DNA of 64,000 bases from Eledone cirrhosa (lineage: Eukaryota), in NCBI GenBank assembly GCA_964016885.1, contig OZ024743.1, positions 43,834,001 through 43,898,000 on the forward strand. Reading direction: 5' to 3'. Below the pieces are notes generated by a model. It did not search any database and was not told where the DNA came from. It saw only the letters and a list, made by a program, of their open reading frames with translations. Each line of letters begins with the position of its first letter. Within the stretch, counting starts at the first letter, position 1. The translations under genes were made by a program, and so were the position numbers. Below, one piece after another: positions 13,172 to 25,528 of this stretch.

Positions 13172-15454
13172 CTATATATTGGGCTTAACGTTTTGGAAGG
13201 AATGTCTGAAGCTTTTGTTAAGTAGGTTACGGTTAGAGAAGATAATATTGTGGGTCTCTAGTATACAGAGGTTACAAAATTTATTAGGTGGTTTGTACGA
13301 AGTCGCGCTACCTATCACTTCCCATTTGAGTGTGTAAGGTTTATTTTTAGTTTTTAGATAGTGTATGTAGCTAGATAGTGAGGTGGAGTTGGCTAGACTG
13401 TGCTTTTTGAACGAGTGGATGTGCGAATTATATCTGATTTTGAAGCAGTTAGAAGTGGAGCCTACATAGGTTTCTGAAGAGTTGCTAGTTGTGACGGTGC
13501 ATGAGTATATGATATCCTTGGTTAGGCATTTTTTATCTAAAGGGCAGGTTCTATTAGCTCTACAGTTACAATTATCCTGTGTGTTAGTCTGCTGGTTATA
13601 ATGCAGTGCAGAAGTCTGGGTGGTAGCTATAGGATTTTGGACATTCGGGTTGTCGACCCCGGTGTTATTTCTGATACTAGTGTTATTTCTATTGTTACTG
13701 CCGTTACTATGGTTGCTTGCTACATAGGTATTTAGAAGGTTTACATCCTGTTGTGATTTCGTTTGTTGGAAGTAAGAATTAATTTTACTTTTATTGCTGC
13801 TAGCTATGTGGTATGCTAAGTTAGGCGTCGTAGAGTAAGAGATTTTAATAGTGTTTTTGTTTAAAAGGTTGTGGTACTTGTGTCCTAGAGGGAAGTTTTT
13901 ATCTAGTAGTGAGAAGAAAGCCCTAGGTATGTTGGTGGAGACATTTTGGTTGAAAAGAGGGTTGAAAAATGTATTATTTCTTCTATTTTTGTTTTTAGTG
14001 TTTGGTGTGTTGTTTCTTCCTAAGGCACTACGGTAGTTTCCGTGGTAATGGTTACTTCCGGTGGCACCCTCCGCGTTGGTGTACTTGTGGTTGCTATTCC
14101 TATTATTAGGTTTCCTCATGGACATGTTGTGCGAGATGATGTTGTAGCTATGTGTTTTCTTAGGTAGGAACTCAATTCCTATATTATGGCCGCATCTAGC
14201 TAATGCTTGATCGTAATATTGCGAGTTTTTGCTAAATATGTTTGCGTCATAGGATAGATTAGAGATTCTATTGGATACCCCCTTAGAGATAGAGTTTAAT
14301 ATTGATCTAGGGTGATTAGACTTGGTATCTACGTAAATGAGTGTTTCGTTAGGCTTATGGAAAGGTCTATATATTTTTGAGTCTAGGTATAGTGTGGCGT
14401 CTAGGAAGTTAACATTTTTAGTGTTTTTGTCCATGGTGATACTAAGGTTAAAGTTTTTGAATGTCTTGTGCAATAGTTTTCTAGTTCTTTCTATATTAAT
14501 TTTTTTATATTCTATAAGTAGAACTGCATCATCGCGGTACAAACCACCGTTGAGGTAAGGGAGGTCCTTATGGATTTCATTAAGAAGGTATAGGCCGACC
14601 AAATCAGTGACCTGCGCCGAGTCACTAGATCCCATTGTTATGTCGAAGTTGTTGTGCGTATCCTTGCGTGTCCATAGTTGGTCCTCGAAGGTGATTATGG
14701 TTTTACGGGCCGCAAGGATGACATCAATCTGGGCTCTAGTCAGGTCGCTATTGTTCATGGCCATGATTAGTGCCTTATTTAATAGGATAGGGGAAATAGA
14801 GGTGTAGTATGAATTGATATCAAATTGAATAAATTTGTTGTCCTTATTATTCTTGATATCTTTGAACCATTCAATCACTTCACCCGTATTTCCCCATTGT
14901 TTAAGGTGTATCTTGTGTTTAATTTGTGGGATGATTTTATCTAAAATTTTCTTGCTGATAATACAAATGTCGGACTTGGAAGGGCAGATAAGTCTTATCG
15001 AGGGGTTGCTGATGAAGTCCTCCTTATGGTCCTTCAGAGAGAATCTAGGGGGGTTTGGGGTGAATGGTTGTGTATGCCTCTGAAGTCCTAGTTTAGACAC
15101 TATATTATATCCCTCTATATTAATATCTTCTAAGTTTTTCAAGGTGGTCTTCTTGTAGCTTTTATGTAGTTCATTATATATAAACTTTCTATAAGTATTA
15201 TAATCTAGGCTGTATATGTTATTAGTTTTATCTGCGTGTACAATAATTTTATTACTAGTTGTGAATCCATTAATAGAGGTGTTAAGTTTGTTTAAGAAGG
15301 TGTTGCTTCTATTATGGTGCTTATTGTATTTAATGTTCTTAACTAGTTTAACTAGGTCATTTTCAAAGGAGTTAAGTAGTGTGTTATGAGGGGGGCTTTT
15401 AAAGGTTTTAAAGCCGAAGGAGTCAAAGTTAATATTTTGCGGAGAATGTTCTAA
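13172..15454 (-). CDS. PLE reverse transcriptase-GIY-YIG endonuclease polyprotein (760 uninterrupted codons, start truncated)
   Basis: ADKT, KDHKEDF..NPSIRLI, QFDINSYY, ITMGSSDSAQVTDLVG, LYRDD, NFLD, CNCR..CPL..KCL, IIY..YVGST..FKIRY..H, CNLCILE. The frame stays open upstream of the track start (15142) to 15454. Confidence 0.92.
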   Translation of the reverse strand, partial: LEHSPQNINFDSFGFKTFKSPPHNTLLNSFENDLVKLVKNIKYNKHHNRSNTFLNKLNTSINGFTTSNKIIVHADKTNNIYSLDYNTYRKFIYNELHKSYKKTTLKNLEDINIEGYNIVSKLGLQRHTQPFTPNPPRFSLKDHKEDFISNPSIRLICPSKSDICIISKKILDKIIPQIKHKIHLKQWGNTGEVIEWFKDIKNNKDNKFIQFDINSYYTSISPILLNKALIMAMNNSDLTRAQIDVILAARKTIITFEDQLWTRKDTHNNFDITMGSSDSAQVTDLVGLYLLNEIHKDLPYLNGGLYRDDAVLLIEYKKINIERTRKLLHKTFKNFNLSITMDKNTKNVNFLDATLYLDSKIYRPFHKPNETLIYVDTKSNHPRSILNSISKGVSNRISNLSYDANIFSKNSQYYDQALARCGHNIGIEFLPKKTHSYNIISHNMSMRKPNNRNSNHKYTNAEGATGSNHYHGNYRSALGRNNTPNTKNKNRRNNTFFNPLFNQNVSTNIPRAFFSLLDKNFPLGHKYHNLLNKNTIKISYSTTPNLAYHIASSNKSKINSYFQQTKSQQDVNLLNTYVASNHSNGSNNRNNTSIRNNTGVDNPNVQNPIATTQTSALHYNQQTNTQDNCNCRANRTCPLDKKCLTKDIIYSCTVTTSNSSETYVGSTSNCFKIRYNSHIHSFKKHSLANSTSLSSYIHYLKTKNKPYTLKWEVIGSATSYKPPNKFCNLCILETHNIIFSNRNLLNKSFRHSFQNVKPNI

Positions 15455-17227
15455 TTAAGCTAAAAAAAACGTAGACAGAAAAAGTAACTTACACTGCCAA
15501 CAAGAATTTACAACGCTTATATGCTACCATTTGATACCAATATAATCATGAAAATCTATTGATTAACATCGGCAAACGGGAAATCCAAGATCTGCAATCG
15601 TCACTAGACATCTTGAAATTCTAAAAAGTATTAGTTCCAAAAGTACGAGAGGTTAGTAATGGTTGAGGCTTCGTGTAGAAATAAATTATAATATTCGGTA
15701 GGATGAAATTAAACAACATGATATTAACGTTGATTTTAAGCGTTGAGTGTGCAAAGATTTCACAAAAGTAGAATTGTTTTCCATACGCTGACGCCTATGT
15801 GTATGTGTGTGTGTGTGTGCATGTGAGTATGTGTATATGCATACTTTTATATGTATGTGCATATAAATATAAACGTGCAAACACAGACAAGCTTACAAAA
15901 ATACACACACACGGACATACATTCACACAAACACATACATTCACACATACATTCACACAAACACACGTAGTACATTAATACAAACACATACATACACGCT
16001 GGCAGGTTACGTAAAGAGAGAGGAGTGGTATGAGTTAGTCAAACTACTCTTCTTTCTTTCCGTATTGTGACAAATTCGCAAACATTTATACATTAATGTA
16101 AGAAACTCGAACGCAAATATAGTTGTAAATCAGCCGGTTACAATGAAAATCATAGCAAAGAGCGGAAGGGTAAGGATGAAGAGACAGTGAATGGAAGTAA
16201 TAGAACGTATAGAATAGATGAGAAAAGGGGAGGGAAGAAGAGAAGAACAGATTAAATACAATGTGCTAGAGCGTATAAAGTCGATATGAAGAATTACGTA
16301 TGGGATAACAGTAGTTAAAAGCAAACTTGAATAACAAAAGAATTATCTATAGCGCAAATAGCTCATATGTTTGTAAACAACATGATCTGAAATGATTAGC
16401 GAACTCAAACGCGAAAATAAAAAAAGTTGAGAGAGCGCGGGGTCTAGCCAAATAGTTTCGTGGGGTGAGGCAGGATCATGTATCTAAGCTAACCCGTGCA
16501 AATAATCCAAAATTCCGTTGCGACGCGCGTAGCTAGACAAGACAAAACAAGAGATCAGTAGAAAACGTGACAGCGTTGGCCCACGACAGGAAGGAAAGGG
16601 TGCGTCCCGTTCTAGCGAAAGCAGCAACAGTAGGCGAGATGACAACGGAAATAGCAGCAGTTGAGACAGTAGTGGAAAATAGTGGCAAGAGAAGAAGAAA
16701 TAAAGTGTTATCTGCCCCTGGCCCAATTTGCCGTCCACTATTGAAAGCCAAACTGGCACATCATGACATCTAAACAACATGATATGAGATTATATGGAGC
16801 GTTGAGTGTGTACATACTTCATAAAGTTGTAAGGGAATCGAATGCGAAAATATCTTAGCTGTAAAACAACCGGTTGCTATGAAGATGATTGAAAAGAGTC
16901 GAACGGGCGGTCAGAGAAGAAGAGGGAGATAAAAGGTTAGGAGGAGAGAGAGAATGAACGAAATAGAGCGTAGAGCATACGATGAGAAGTGAGAGAGAGA
17001 GGGGGAGAGAAATAAGAAAAGAGGGAGTGAAAGGGATAGAGAGTATAATGTGGACATGGAGAAGTAAGAATTAGATAACTGTGGAGAAAAGCAATGTCGA
17101 ATAACACAAAAGAACGAACTATAGCATCAGAACATCGTATGTATGTAACCAACATGATATGAAAAGATGAGGGAACTCAAACGTGAAAATATTCTTACTT
17201 ATCCACAAGCAAATTTGTCTTTCCATA

Positions 17228-17415
17228 ATTGTTTCTACTTTTGGCACAAGGCCAGCAATTATCCAAGTGTATTACTGGTACTTTATTTTATCGACCCCGT
17301 AAGGATGAAAAGCAAAGTTAACCTCGACGGGATTTGAACTCAGACCGTGAAGGGACGTAAATATGCTGGAAAGCATGGCGCCTGACTCTCTACAGATACT
17401 GACAATTCCCCGCCC
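17228..17415 (-). mobile_element. SINE (tRNA-like head, conserved central domain)
   Basis: Minus strand ctgagttcaaatcccgtcgaggttaactttgcttttcatccttacggggtcgataaaataaagtaccag...ccttgtgccaaaagtagaaac; about 11 copies in the window. Confidence 0.9.
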
Positions 17416-17768
17416 TTTCCATAATGGACGAAAAACGGTGCCAGGCACATCTAACTCTTTCAGACTTTATTTATTTCTCTCTTGCCACTCTTCCCCACCA
17501 CTGCTACCATTGCTGTTAGTTCCGGGGTCATCTCGTCTACTCCTGCTGCTTCCACAAGACGAGACTAGCTTTCTCAGTATTTTTCTACAGCTCAGTTCTG
17601 TTTCTATTGTTGTCTACCTCCAAGCATCACGCCAACCGAAATTGTGATTGTGTTACATGGGTTAGACTTAGATACACAATACTTCCTTATAATATTTTCA
17701 TTATAATTTTCTGAAGTATAGAGTACTAATATTAAACACTGATCTTGGTGTCCTTTCAATCTGTCCCA

Positions 17769-17835
<67 letters not shown>

Positions 17836-17846
17836 TATATTCATAT

Positions 17847-18030
17847 GGTGGTGGATTGGCAGTATCGGTAGAGGGTCGGACGCCATGCTTTGACGCATAG
17901 AGTTACGGCCCTTGCCATTCTGAGTTCAAATCCCGCCGAGGTTAACTTTGCCTTTCATCCTTACGGGATCCTTAACATAAAGTATCAGTAATGCACTGTG
18001 TAATTGCTGGCCTTGTACCAAAAGCATAAA
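17847..18030 (+). mobile_element. SINE, same family
   Basis: ggtggattggcagtatcggtagag...gagttcaaatcccgccgaggttaactttgcctttcatcc. Confidence 0.9.
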
Positions 18031-18046
18031 TAAATATATATTCATA

Positions 18047-19020
18047 CTAATTGCACGACCTGGCGTTGCACGGGGTAGCAAACACGCATATGCAAAGCAA
18101 CACGCATATGCAAAGATTGAGGAATGTAGCTGTGGACTTTTTGAATTCCCTTATTCTCATGGAATGATTGAGGAGCGACGTAGTCAATTGTGTGAAAACC
18201 AAGTAGGGATGTACGTTTAAGTAAGGATATTGAGATGACGAAATTAGCGTAGCAACGCAGCTGCAGCAAAGGGGGGTCATAGTGTAATTAGCACAAACGC
18301 TGAGCGGCACTGGTTGCACTGCGTTTACACAGCAACAAAGGTGCGACAAAAGGAGTCACCGCGGAATTAGCACAACCGCTGTTCGGCTTACTTGCGCAGG
18401 GCGTTCATACTGCGCTGTAGGTGCATCAAAAGGGGTCTTAGTAGAAGTAGCAGAGACGTGAGTTTTACGGTGTCTATAACAGGGCAACACGAATCGTCAA
18501 CAGGGCACCGACAAAAATTTCAAGGTCCTCCTCGTTTCCTAATCCCTCGAAAACGGTCCTGCTTAAAATAAGAAATTGTTGTGTCCTCTGTTAAATAAAC
18601 CAAATTTTTAACGAAATATTATATGCTACTTACTATGTTTAAGTAGCGTTTATATTGAAAATGCAATGGTCATGTAATAACCAACGTTAATTCGTAAATT
18701 TCCTAGAAACCATTAATGGAATCGGAAATTGTTTGTCCACATCAATGCGAGGGGACTAACTAATGTGTGCTGCAAATTTCGAGGAAATCGGCTGGATTAT
18801 CTTTACGTTACGCCTCAAACATGCCTTTAAATGCCTTTAAAATGCGGTTGTTCACCTAATGCTGGCCCTAGGGATGAAAAAGTTAAACTGTTTAGCTCAT
18901 TGCACTTCAAGAAATATAAGTAACGCATGTGTAAAGTTTGAAAAAGATCGGTCGGGTACTTCTCGAGTTTTAGGCATTTACACAGACAGACAGACATCCT
19001 CTATTGTATATATAAAGAGA
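18047..19020 (-). mobile_element. Non-autonomous Helitron
   Basis: Minus strand: a|TCtctttatatata...(tgtc)n 5' end; 3' hairpin-like cccgtgcaacgccagg then TTAG|t. Ends resemble the 29819-30890 element. Confidence 0.7.
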
Positions 19021-19430
19021 TGATGCAGATTGGGTATATTAGAAAACGTAGAGGTTCGATTGCTAGCTCGGAGGTTTCGGCTACTTAACGCATTTGAATA
19101 GAAATACTAAATACGTTCTCTTGCAATAGACCGAACATTGTTTTCTTTGGGGTTTATCTTCCATACACATACATGCATCCATACATGCATAGCAAGATGG
19201 CTGGATACCTATCCATGAGCTCTGTTGGTCTCCCCTTTGTTGTTTCAGCCGGATCAAGTGGAGACGATTGCACCTTATAGATAGCGCTGGAATGCGTACT
19301 TGAGGACTCTGCAGTCTACAAACCTCCCAGCAATAATTGCTTAAAGATGAAGAGAATATTTCTTTCTGCATGTCTTACTGAATTGGTCAGTGTGGCCTTC
19401 CATATATAGGCGGTATTTTTTAGCCCGAAA

Positions 19431-19620
19431 TTGCAGTGGATTGGCAGTATTGGTAGAGTGTCGGATGCCATTCTTTGGTGCATAGAGTTACGGCCCTGCC
19501 ATTCTGAGTTCAAATCCCGCATAGGTTAACTTGGCCTTTCATCCTTACGGGGTCGATAAAATAAAGTACCAGTAATACACTGGATAATTGCTGCCCTTGT
19601 ACCTAACGTAAAAACAATTA
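19431..19620 (+). mobile_element. SINE, same family
   Basis: Matches the 17847 copy. Confidence 0.9.
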
Positions 19621-20230
19621 TTTAGCCCGAAATTGGTTGCACGTGCGCATATTCACATACACCCCCACTGCCTCCGGATCCTGCACGATCTCCCCCAACC
19701 CAATCCACCCCTTTGCATCCATACGCACACACACACACACACCTACACAGAACGATTATATAGACAGACAGACATATACACCACTGCCACATACACAATG
19801 GTTTTTCAAAACCCACAAGCACATACACCTGCTCTCCACCAGACACTCACACTTACATCCGCGCATACACCCACGCACACACGTCTTACCTCCCCTCTCT
19901 GAATCCATTTTACCTCCCTCTTCTCTACACCTACCACCCATACATCACCCCACCCGTGCCCTCCCCCATCCATAAACCCAGCTCATTTTTTAATAAATTT
20001 TATTTTAACTTATATTTTCTAATTCATGTTTTATTGTTATCTCTTTTTTCTCGCTAACTCCCCACCCCACTCCTTCTCAGAGTCCCCCCCCACTCTCTTG
20101 ATGAAGAGCTTATACCAGAAACGGCGCAACCACACAACCCACTCTCACTAAGCGTGCAACTAATAATATTTGTAACATTTACTCCTGCGTTTGCTTGTTT
20201 TTTTCTGATATATATATATATAGTTCAAAA

Positions 20231-22343
20231 TATGGATGTTGTGTCCCTGTATCCATCTATTGACGTGGATTTTGCTGTGGAGAAATGCGTAGAAATGATC
20301 AGTGAGAGCAAGGTTGAGTTCCGTGGGATTGATACCAGTGAGCTGGGACTCCTACTTAAGCTTACCTATAGTAATAATTACCTAGACACATATGACCTTA
20401 GCAACCTGTGCCCTACAAGACCAGCAAGAGGCAGACCACCTACCATTACCTCAATGGCCAAGAAAACCCACACAGATAGATGGAACGGGTGGACCAGAGC
20501 CATACGGACACCCTAAAACCACGATGTACTGAAGGAAATGATTGCACACGCTGTAGGGGCCAGCATAAAACTAACCCTTAAGGAATATATGTTCAAATTT
20601 AATGGAAGAACATATGCCCAAGAGGAAGGAGCAGCCATTGGTGTTAGCATTGCAGGCGACATAGCTAACTTATTCATGGTATGGTGGGACAGTAGACTTA
20701 AACTTAAACTTAAAGAACAATTAGAAGACCCCTTAACCCTGATAATGTACTCCCGCCACGTAGATGATATAAACATCGTAGTTAAGACACCCGCACTAGA
20801 GAACAGTCAGGAACTAGAGAAAAACACAATGGAAAGCATCCAGCAAATAGCAAACTCCATCCACCAGAGCATTAGAGTTACTATAGAATACCCAAGTAAA
20901 CACCCCAACCATCGATTACCTGTACTAGACACAGAGCTCTGGTTAGATAACATTAACAGCAAAAAACAAATCCTCCATTCCCATTATGCCAAACCCATGA
21001 CTTCCAAACACCTGATCCACCGAAACTCGGCCGTTTCGGACCATACCAAAATCAACATACTGATTGCGGATTTGGTACGTGTGATGAGAAATGTGTCCTG
21101 CATGTGCAACCCCGAAGAACTAGAGAGACACATACAACACTTCATCCACCGTATGCAGTTCTCTGGCTACAATCAGAGAGATAAAATTAGAGTGTATAGA
21201 GGAGCCAGAACCAAATGGGAAAAAATGGTAAATAATGACATAAATGGGACCTGACCCTTGTATAGGAGCACATTTTGGAATAGAATAGAAAGAACTAGGA
21301 ACAAGGCTAATAGAATAAACTCATGGTATGATAGCAATAAATACCTGAGTGTAATGTTCATCGATACAACCCCTAGAGGTGAATTAGCTTACACATTTAG
21401 AAGGGCCCTAAATAAACATAAACTCAATATTAAGATAGTAGAAAGACCAGGTACCTCCGTAAAAACACTTATTAGCAAGACATACCCTTTTCAAAGACCC
21501 TCATGTATAGATAAGAAATGTATAACCTGTAAAATAAGCCCCCATATTAACTGTAAAACTAGAAATGTAGTGTATAGCATAAGATGTACTGAAGGACAAT
21601 GTAGAGACAAAAATATAGTGTACATAGGTGAGACAGCTCGTAGTGTAAGGGAACGGATGAATGAACACTGGCGAGACCTTCAAGATAGTAAAGAATCATC
21701 TGTACTCTACCAACATGCTAAAATAGAACACAAGCGTAAATTAGAGAACATAGAAATAAAAATAGAATCTACACACAGAAAAGACGCAATGTTTAGACAA
21801 ATTACAGAGGCAATAAACATAAAAGAATTACAACCAAAATTAAATAGAAAATATGAGTGCAACAGCAGCATCACACTTACAATTAAGGACAAAATGAAAA
21901 CACACACACACATAGAACAAACAACCAACCAGTAACATGTAAATAAACAAATAAATAAATGAACATAAACACACACAGACACCCGGATGTGGTGCATGCG
22001 CAGACTGAGCACACAACACACACACAGAAACAAAATGGCGTAGGACAGAACAAAGGAGAGGCACAGAAACAAAGAAAGGAATCCCCAGTCACTGAAGAGG
22101 TCACAGAGTGTGTGACGAAAGACTTATGACTATATATAAACAACTATCTGGTTGTGGAACCAACCAACCAACCAGAAATTTATAAATTTATAAAGTTATT
22201 ATAAATTTATTATAATAGATTGAAGTGAAACAACTGGTGCGTGTGTTTCTTATTGGCAACATGACCCTCCCAAAGTATAACAATATCGGTTTCAACACAC
22301 GATTTCAGATAAAGAATCTTGCTAAACAAATTCAGAAACGAAA
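20231..22343 (+). mobile_element. 5'-truncated PLE (Naiad-like), RT + GIY-YIG with two in-frame stops, HHR-bearing 3' end into (TA)n
   Basis: MDVVSLYPSID, QEEGAAIGVSIAG, SRHVDDINI, LPVLD, CITC..NCKTRNVVYSIRC..C..YIGETARS..ER..EH; TAA at 20514 and TGA at 21252. The clade name is from recalled motif similarity. Confidence 0.9.
22087..22131 (+). ncRNA. Minimal type-I hammerhead in PLE 3' repeat
   Basis: agtca-CTGAAGA-g-gtcaca-gagtg-tgtgac-GAAA-gact-TA-tgact. Confidence 0.7.
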
Positions 22344-22689
22344 TATATATATATATATTCACAACATTAACAGGAATACATAAAAATAGAATACATTGTG
22401 TAAACAATACTTTGTAATTTAAACATAATTTTATCGACACGAAGTAATGTATATTAGACATTGTGTGAGTCCATATTTAGTGCAATATTTACGGTAAAGA
22501 CTAATTTCCATTATGCTAACCAATTTATTACAGAATTCAATTATGACTAATTTCCTGCTAATTAATACCGCATATATATGGAATGTCACAATGACCGATT
22601 CAGTAAGACATTCAGAAAGAAATCTTCTCTTCATTTCTACTCAATTATTCCTGGGAGGTTTGTAGGGTGCGGAGCCCCTAAGCACGCCT

Positions 22690-23560
22690 TCCAGTGCTAT
22701 CTATAAGAAGCCATAGTCTCCACTAGATCCGGCTCAGCCCAACAAAGCTCATGGATGGTATCCAGCCATCTTGCTGGGTTTACAATTGGGTCTACTTCTC
22801 GTTGGTTTTGCCCGTACAATCTACCCAGCAATTCTTTCCTTGGACATTCTAACAACATGTCCATCATATAGGAGGTCTGAACTTTCAATCCGAAACAAGA
22901 CTCTGAGCTCCAAGATATACACTCTATCGAGTACCATTACTCCCAATACCATTTCGGCCGCCTGTTTTCGCGATCGCATTTATCGGTACACCTGCCTACC
23001 TTCTTCTGATCCCAGCAATCTGAAGCTGGCATATTACTGCACTAGTTCATGCAATCTTTGCAATTATTTCAGTTTCCTGCTTTTCATAACAGATTGCTTT
23101 AGTGTAGAGTCTACTCATGTGTACAGTCCACTCCCAGGCTCTTCACAACAGTGATTATCATTCCTTCCGTGCCGAACTCCGAAAAAACCTATCAGGAGCA
23201 TGCCACGGAGCACATTCTCACGAGTTAGATAGGACCATCTTATTCGCAAATTCCTTGGTAATGTCTGACTCCCACAATTAATGATTTTGATTTAGCCACA
23301 TTTATCTGTAAACAAATGTGTGGACATTTGTATAGAGACTTCAAGTCAATAAGATGTCCATCGATCCCATATGCCTGCGGAACCTTCTACAACAAGTCCT
23401 ATGTAGTGCGGTTTTATGACGTTCCTAGGTCTACAAAGCAAAATACATCTCTTGACAGTACACCCACGTGAATATTTGATGTTGTGCTGCGTCTGAAACG
23501 AGAATGACACTGTTCATCAGCTTGGACGTGGCAATTTCTTAACATCGACTTTACCTAGGT
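22690..23560 (-). pseudogene. Highly decayed RTE-like LINE RT fragment
   Basis: FVDLGT (cf. FVDLEKA) at ~23430 and C-terminal PRKELL...ARWLDTI; many stops. Confidence 0.4.
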
Positions 23561-24597
23561 GGCTTAACAAGTAAATCGGTATATACCTGGAACAATATCT
23601 CTTTCCTCTCGTAATGAAATTTAGGATTATTAGGCCACACGGTACACGAATCAGCCAGTGAATACCGTTTTTATATAAAGCCTTTAACATTTCCAACCTA
23701 ATTTCATTCTACCCATATTTCAGCTCTTTAATTGTTCGGGTTATCTCAGTCTCCAGAACGTTAATTATCGCTGCAACACGTACCTCGTATACATCATATG
23801 TTGTTTTGTCAGGGTACATCTGTTGTACACGATGTGTTTCTGCAGTAGGAATACAATATCGCAAATATAGACTTCAATACAAATATCAAATTTACGTACA
23901 AATAATCACTTCCTGTTTAGACTTATATTGTTAATGAATTATATGATAGACATATTACACAGATCTAATGGTAGGAATGTAACTTGAAAATACACAAATA
24001 CATCTATGAATATACATAATATAAATGTTTTTCGATGTTCTAATCTTTTATCTTCGCTCAAAACAGCGTCTAAAATTGGGTAAACATAGTTCAATAAAAG
24101 ATGTTCGGGTACGATTTTAATTCAATTACTTCTCACAGAAGCCAGAAAGCTGAGAAATGGGTCTTCTATATACCGCTCGTAATTCCTGGCAGAAGCTTTC
24201 CTGTTTTTGCCCGGTGACAGAAGTCGGGTTGTTAATTCATCATGTGGAGAGCCAGATGATATACATCACACCATCCGGTTTGATTCTACATTGATTCCGC
24301 CAACAAAACGCAATTGATTTGGTACCTTATTTATTTACCTCGAACGAATTAAAAGTAAAGTCTAACGTGGAAAGATATAAATTCAGAGCCTCGGAAGGCT
24401 AGAAATATTGCCGAGGCTTTTAATCCAACACACCAACGATTCCGCAGTGCCTGTCGCATTAAATAGCATCGTTTAGTTTATTTACATTAAATCACATGTA
24501 GTCTATTTATTAAACATATCAAATGAGTTCACTAAAACCAAGTATTAAATAGAAATACTTGAGAAGAGTTCATGAAATTAGGTAATGCATAACATAT

Positions 24598-24768
24598 AAT
24601 TGTTTCTACTTGCGGCACAAGGCCAGCATTACCCAGTACATTACTAGTACTTTATTTTATCGACGCCGTGAGGATGAAAGACAAAGTTGACATCGGCGGG
24701 ATTTGAACTCAGAATGGAAACTCTATGCGTCAAAGCATGACGTCCGACCCTCTACCGATACTGCCAAT
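24598..24768 (-). mobile_element. SINE, same family
   Basis: Matches the 17228 copy. Confidence 0.9.
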
Positions 24769-25311
24769 ATAACATATAAAGGTTTGTAAAAGCTCTGCTC
24801 CACTTTATACAACTAACCATTGGCGGGCTGGTCCAGAAATATTAGTTGCCAGTAGATGAAGGGGGACCACCTACATAGAGAATGCTATCATTTCATTTGT
24901 ATAATGAATAAATAACATTTTTGAAAAATAGTAAGTGGAAACAAAACAGTACAATCATATTTTTGGGGAAAAATATCATACCTTCTCCCATAAAAAAAAT
25001 GCATTTTGCGAAATTCAGAGACTTTCAATAATGGCCAGAAGTCGACCCTAAATATTATTAATAGCTCTAGGATTGATCTCAAGGATTGGTCTCAAGGTCA
25101 GAATCTCCACCGTATTTAATACCTACCGCTAGGCCACAGAGACAACGACGAAAATCTTATGAAAATCCATATTTATGAACCTGCTTTCAAAATGTTCAAA
25201 ATAAAGTGTTGTGGCGTCGTTCATGTCTTTCTTAATGTTATTGCTCCTACTTAAGGTCGACTTCAAAATCATTTAGGTGTTCCATAACTACAACGACGTA
25301 GACTCAACATA

Positions 25312-25528
25312 ATGTTTTCTTATATAGACACAAGGCCAACAATTTTGAGGGAGGGGAAAGTCGATTAAATCAACCCCAGTGCGTGACTGGTACTTTATTT
25401 TATCGACCCCGTACGGATGAAAGGCAAAGTTAACCTCGGCGGAATTTGAACTTACATCACAAAAGGCCGAATCTCTATGCTGCAAAGCATGGCGTCCGAC
25501 CCGCTACCGATACTGACAATCCACCACC
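25312..25528 (-). mobile_element. SINE, related longer subfamily
   Basis: Same core plus actggggttgatttaatcgactttcccc segment. Confidence 0.85.

Larger units (their letters stand above)
11634..15454 (-). mobile_element. Penelope-like element (YRDD-type RT + GIY-YIG), 5'-truncated, ~1.5-kb 3' region with HHR, ending at (TA)n
   Basis: See the CDS and HHR entries; the 3' region runs directly into a (TA)n tract. Confidence 0.85.

Noticed and set aside
13851-15083. Plus-strand ORFs overlapping the PLE, and similar antisense ORFs in other elements
   Set aside because: Antisense shadows of RT coding sequence.
21935-22343. SECIS element
   Set aside because: No AUGA-AA-GA stem conserved across the three copies.
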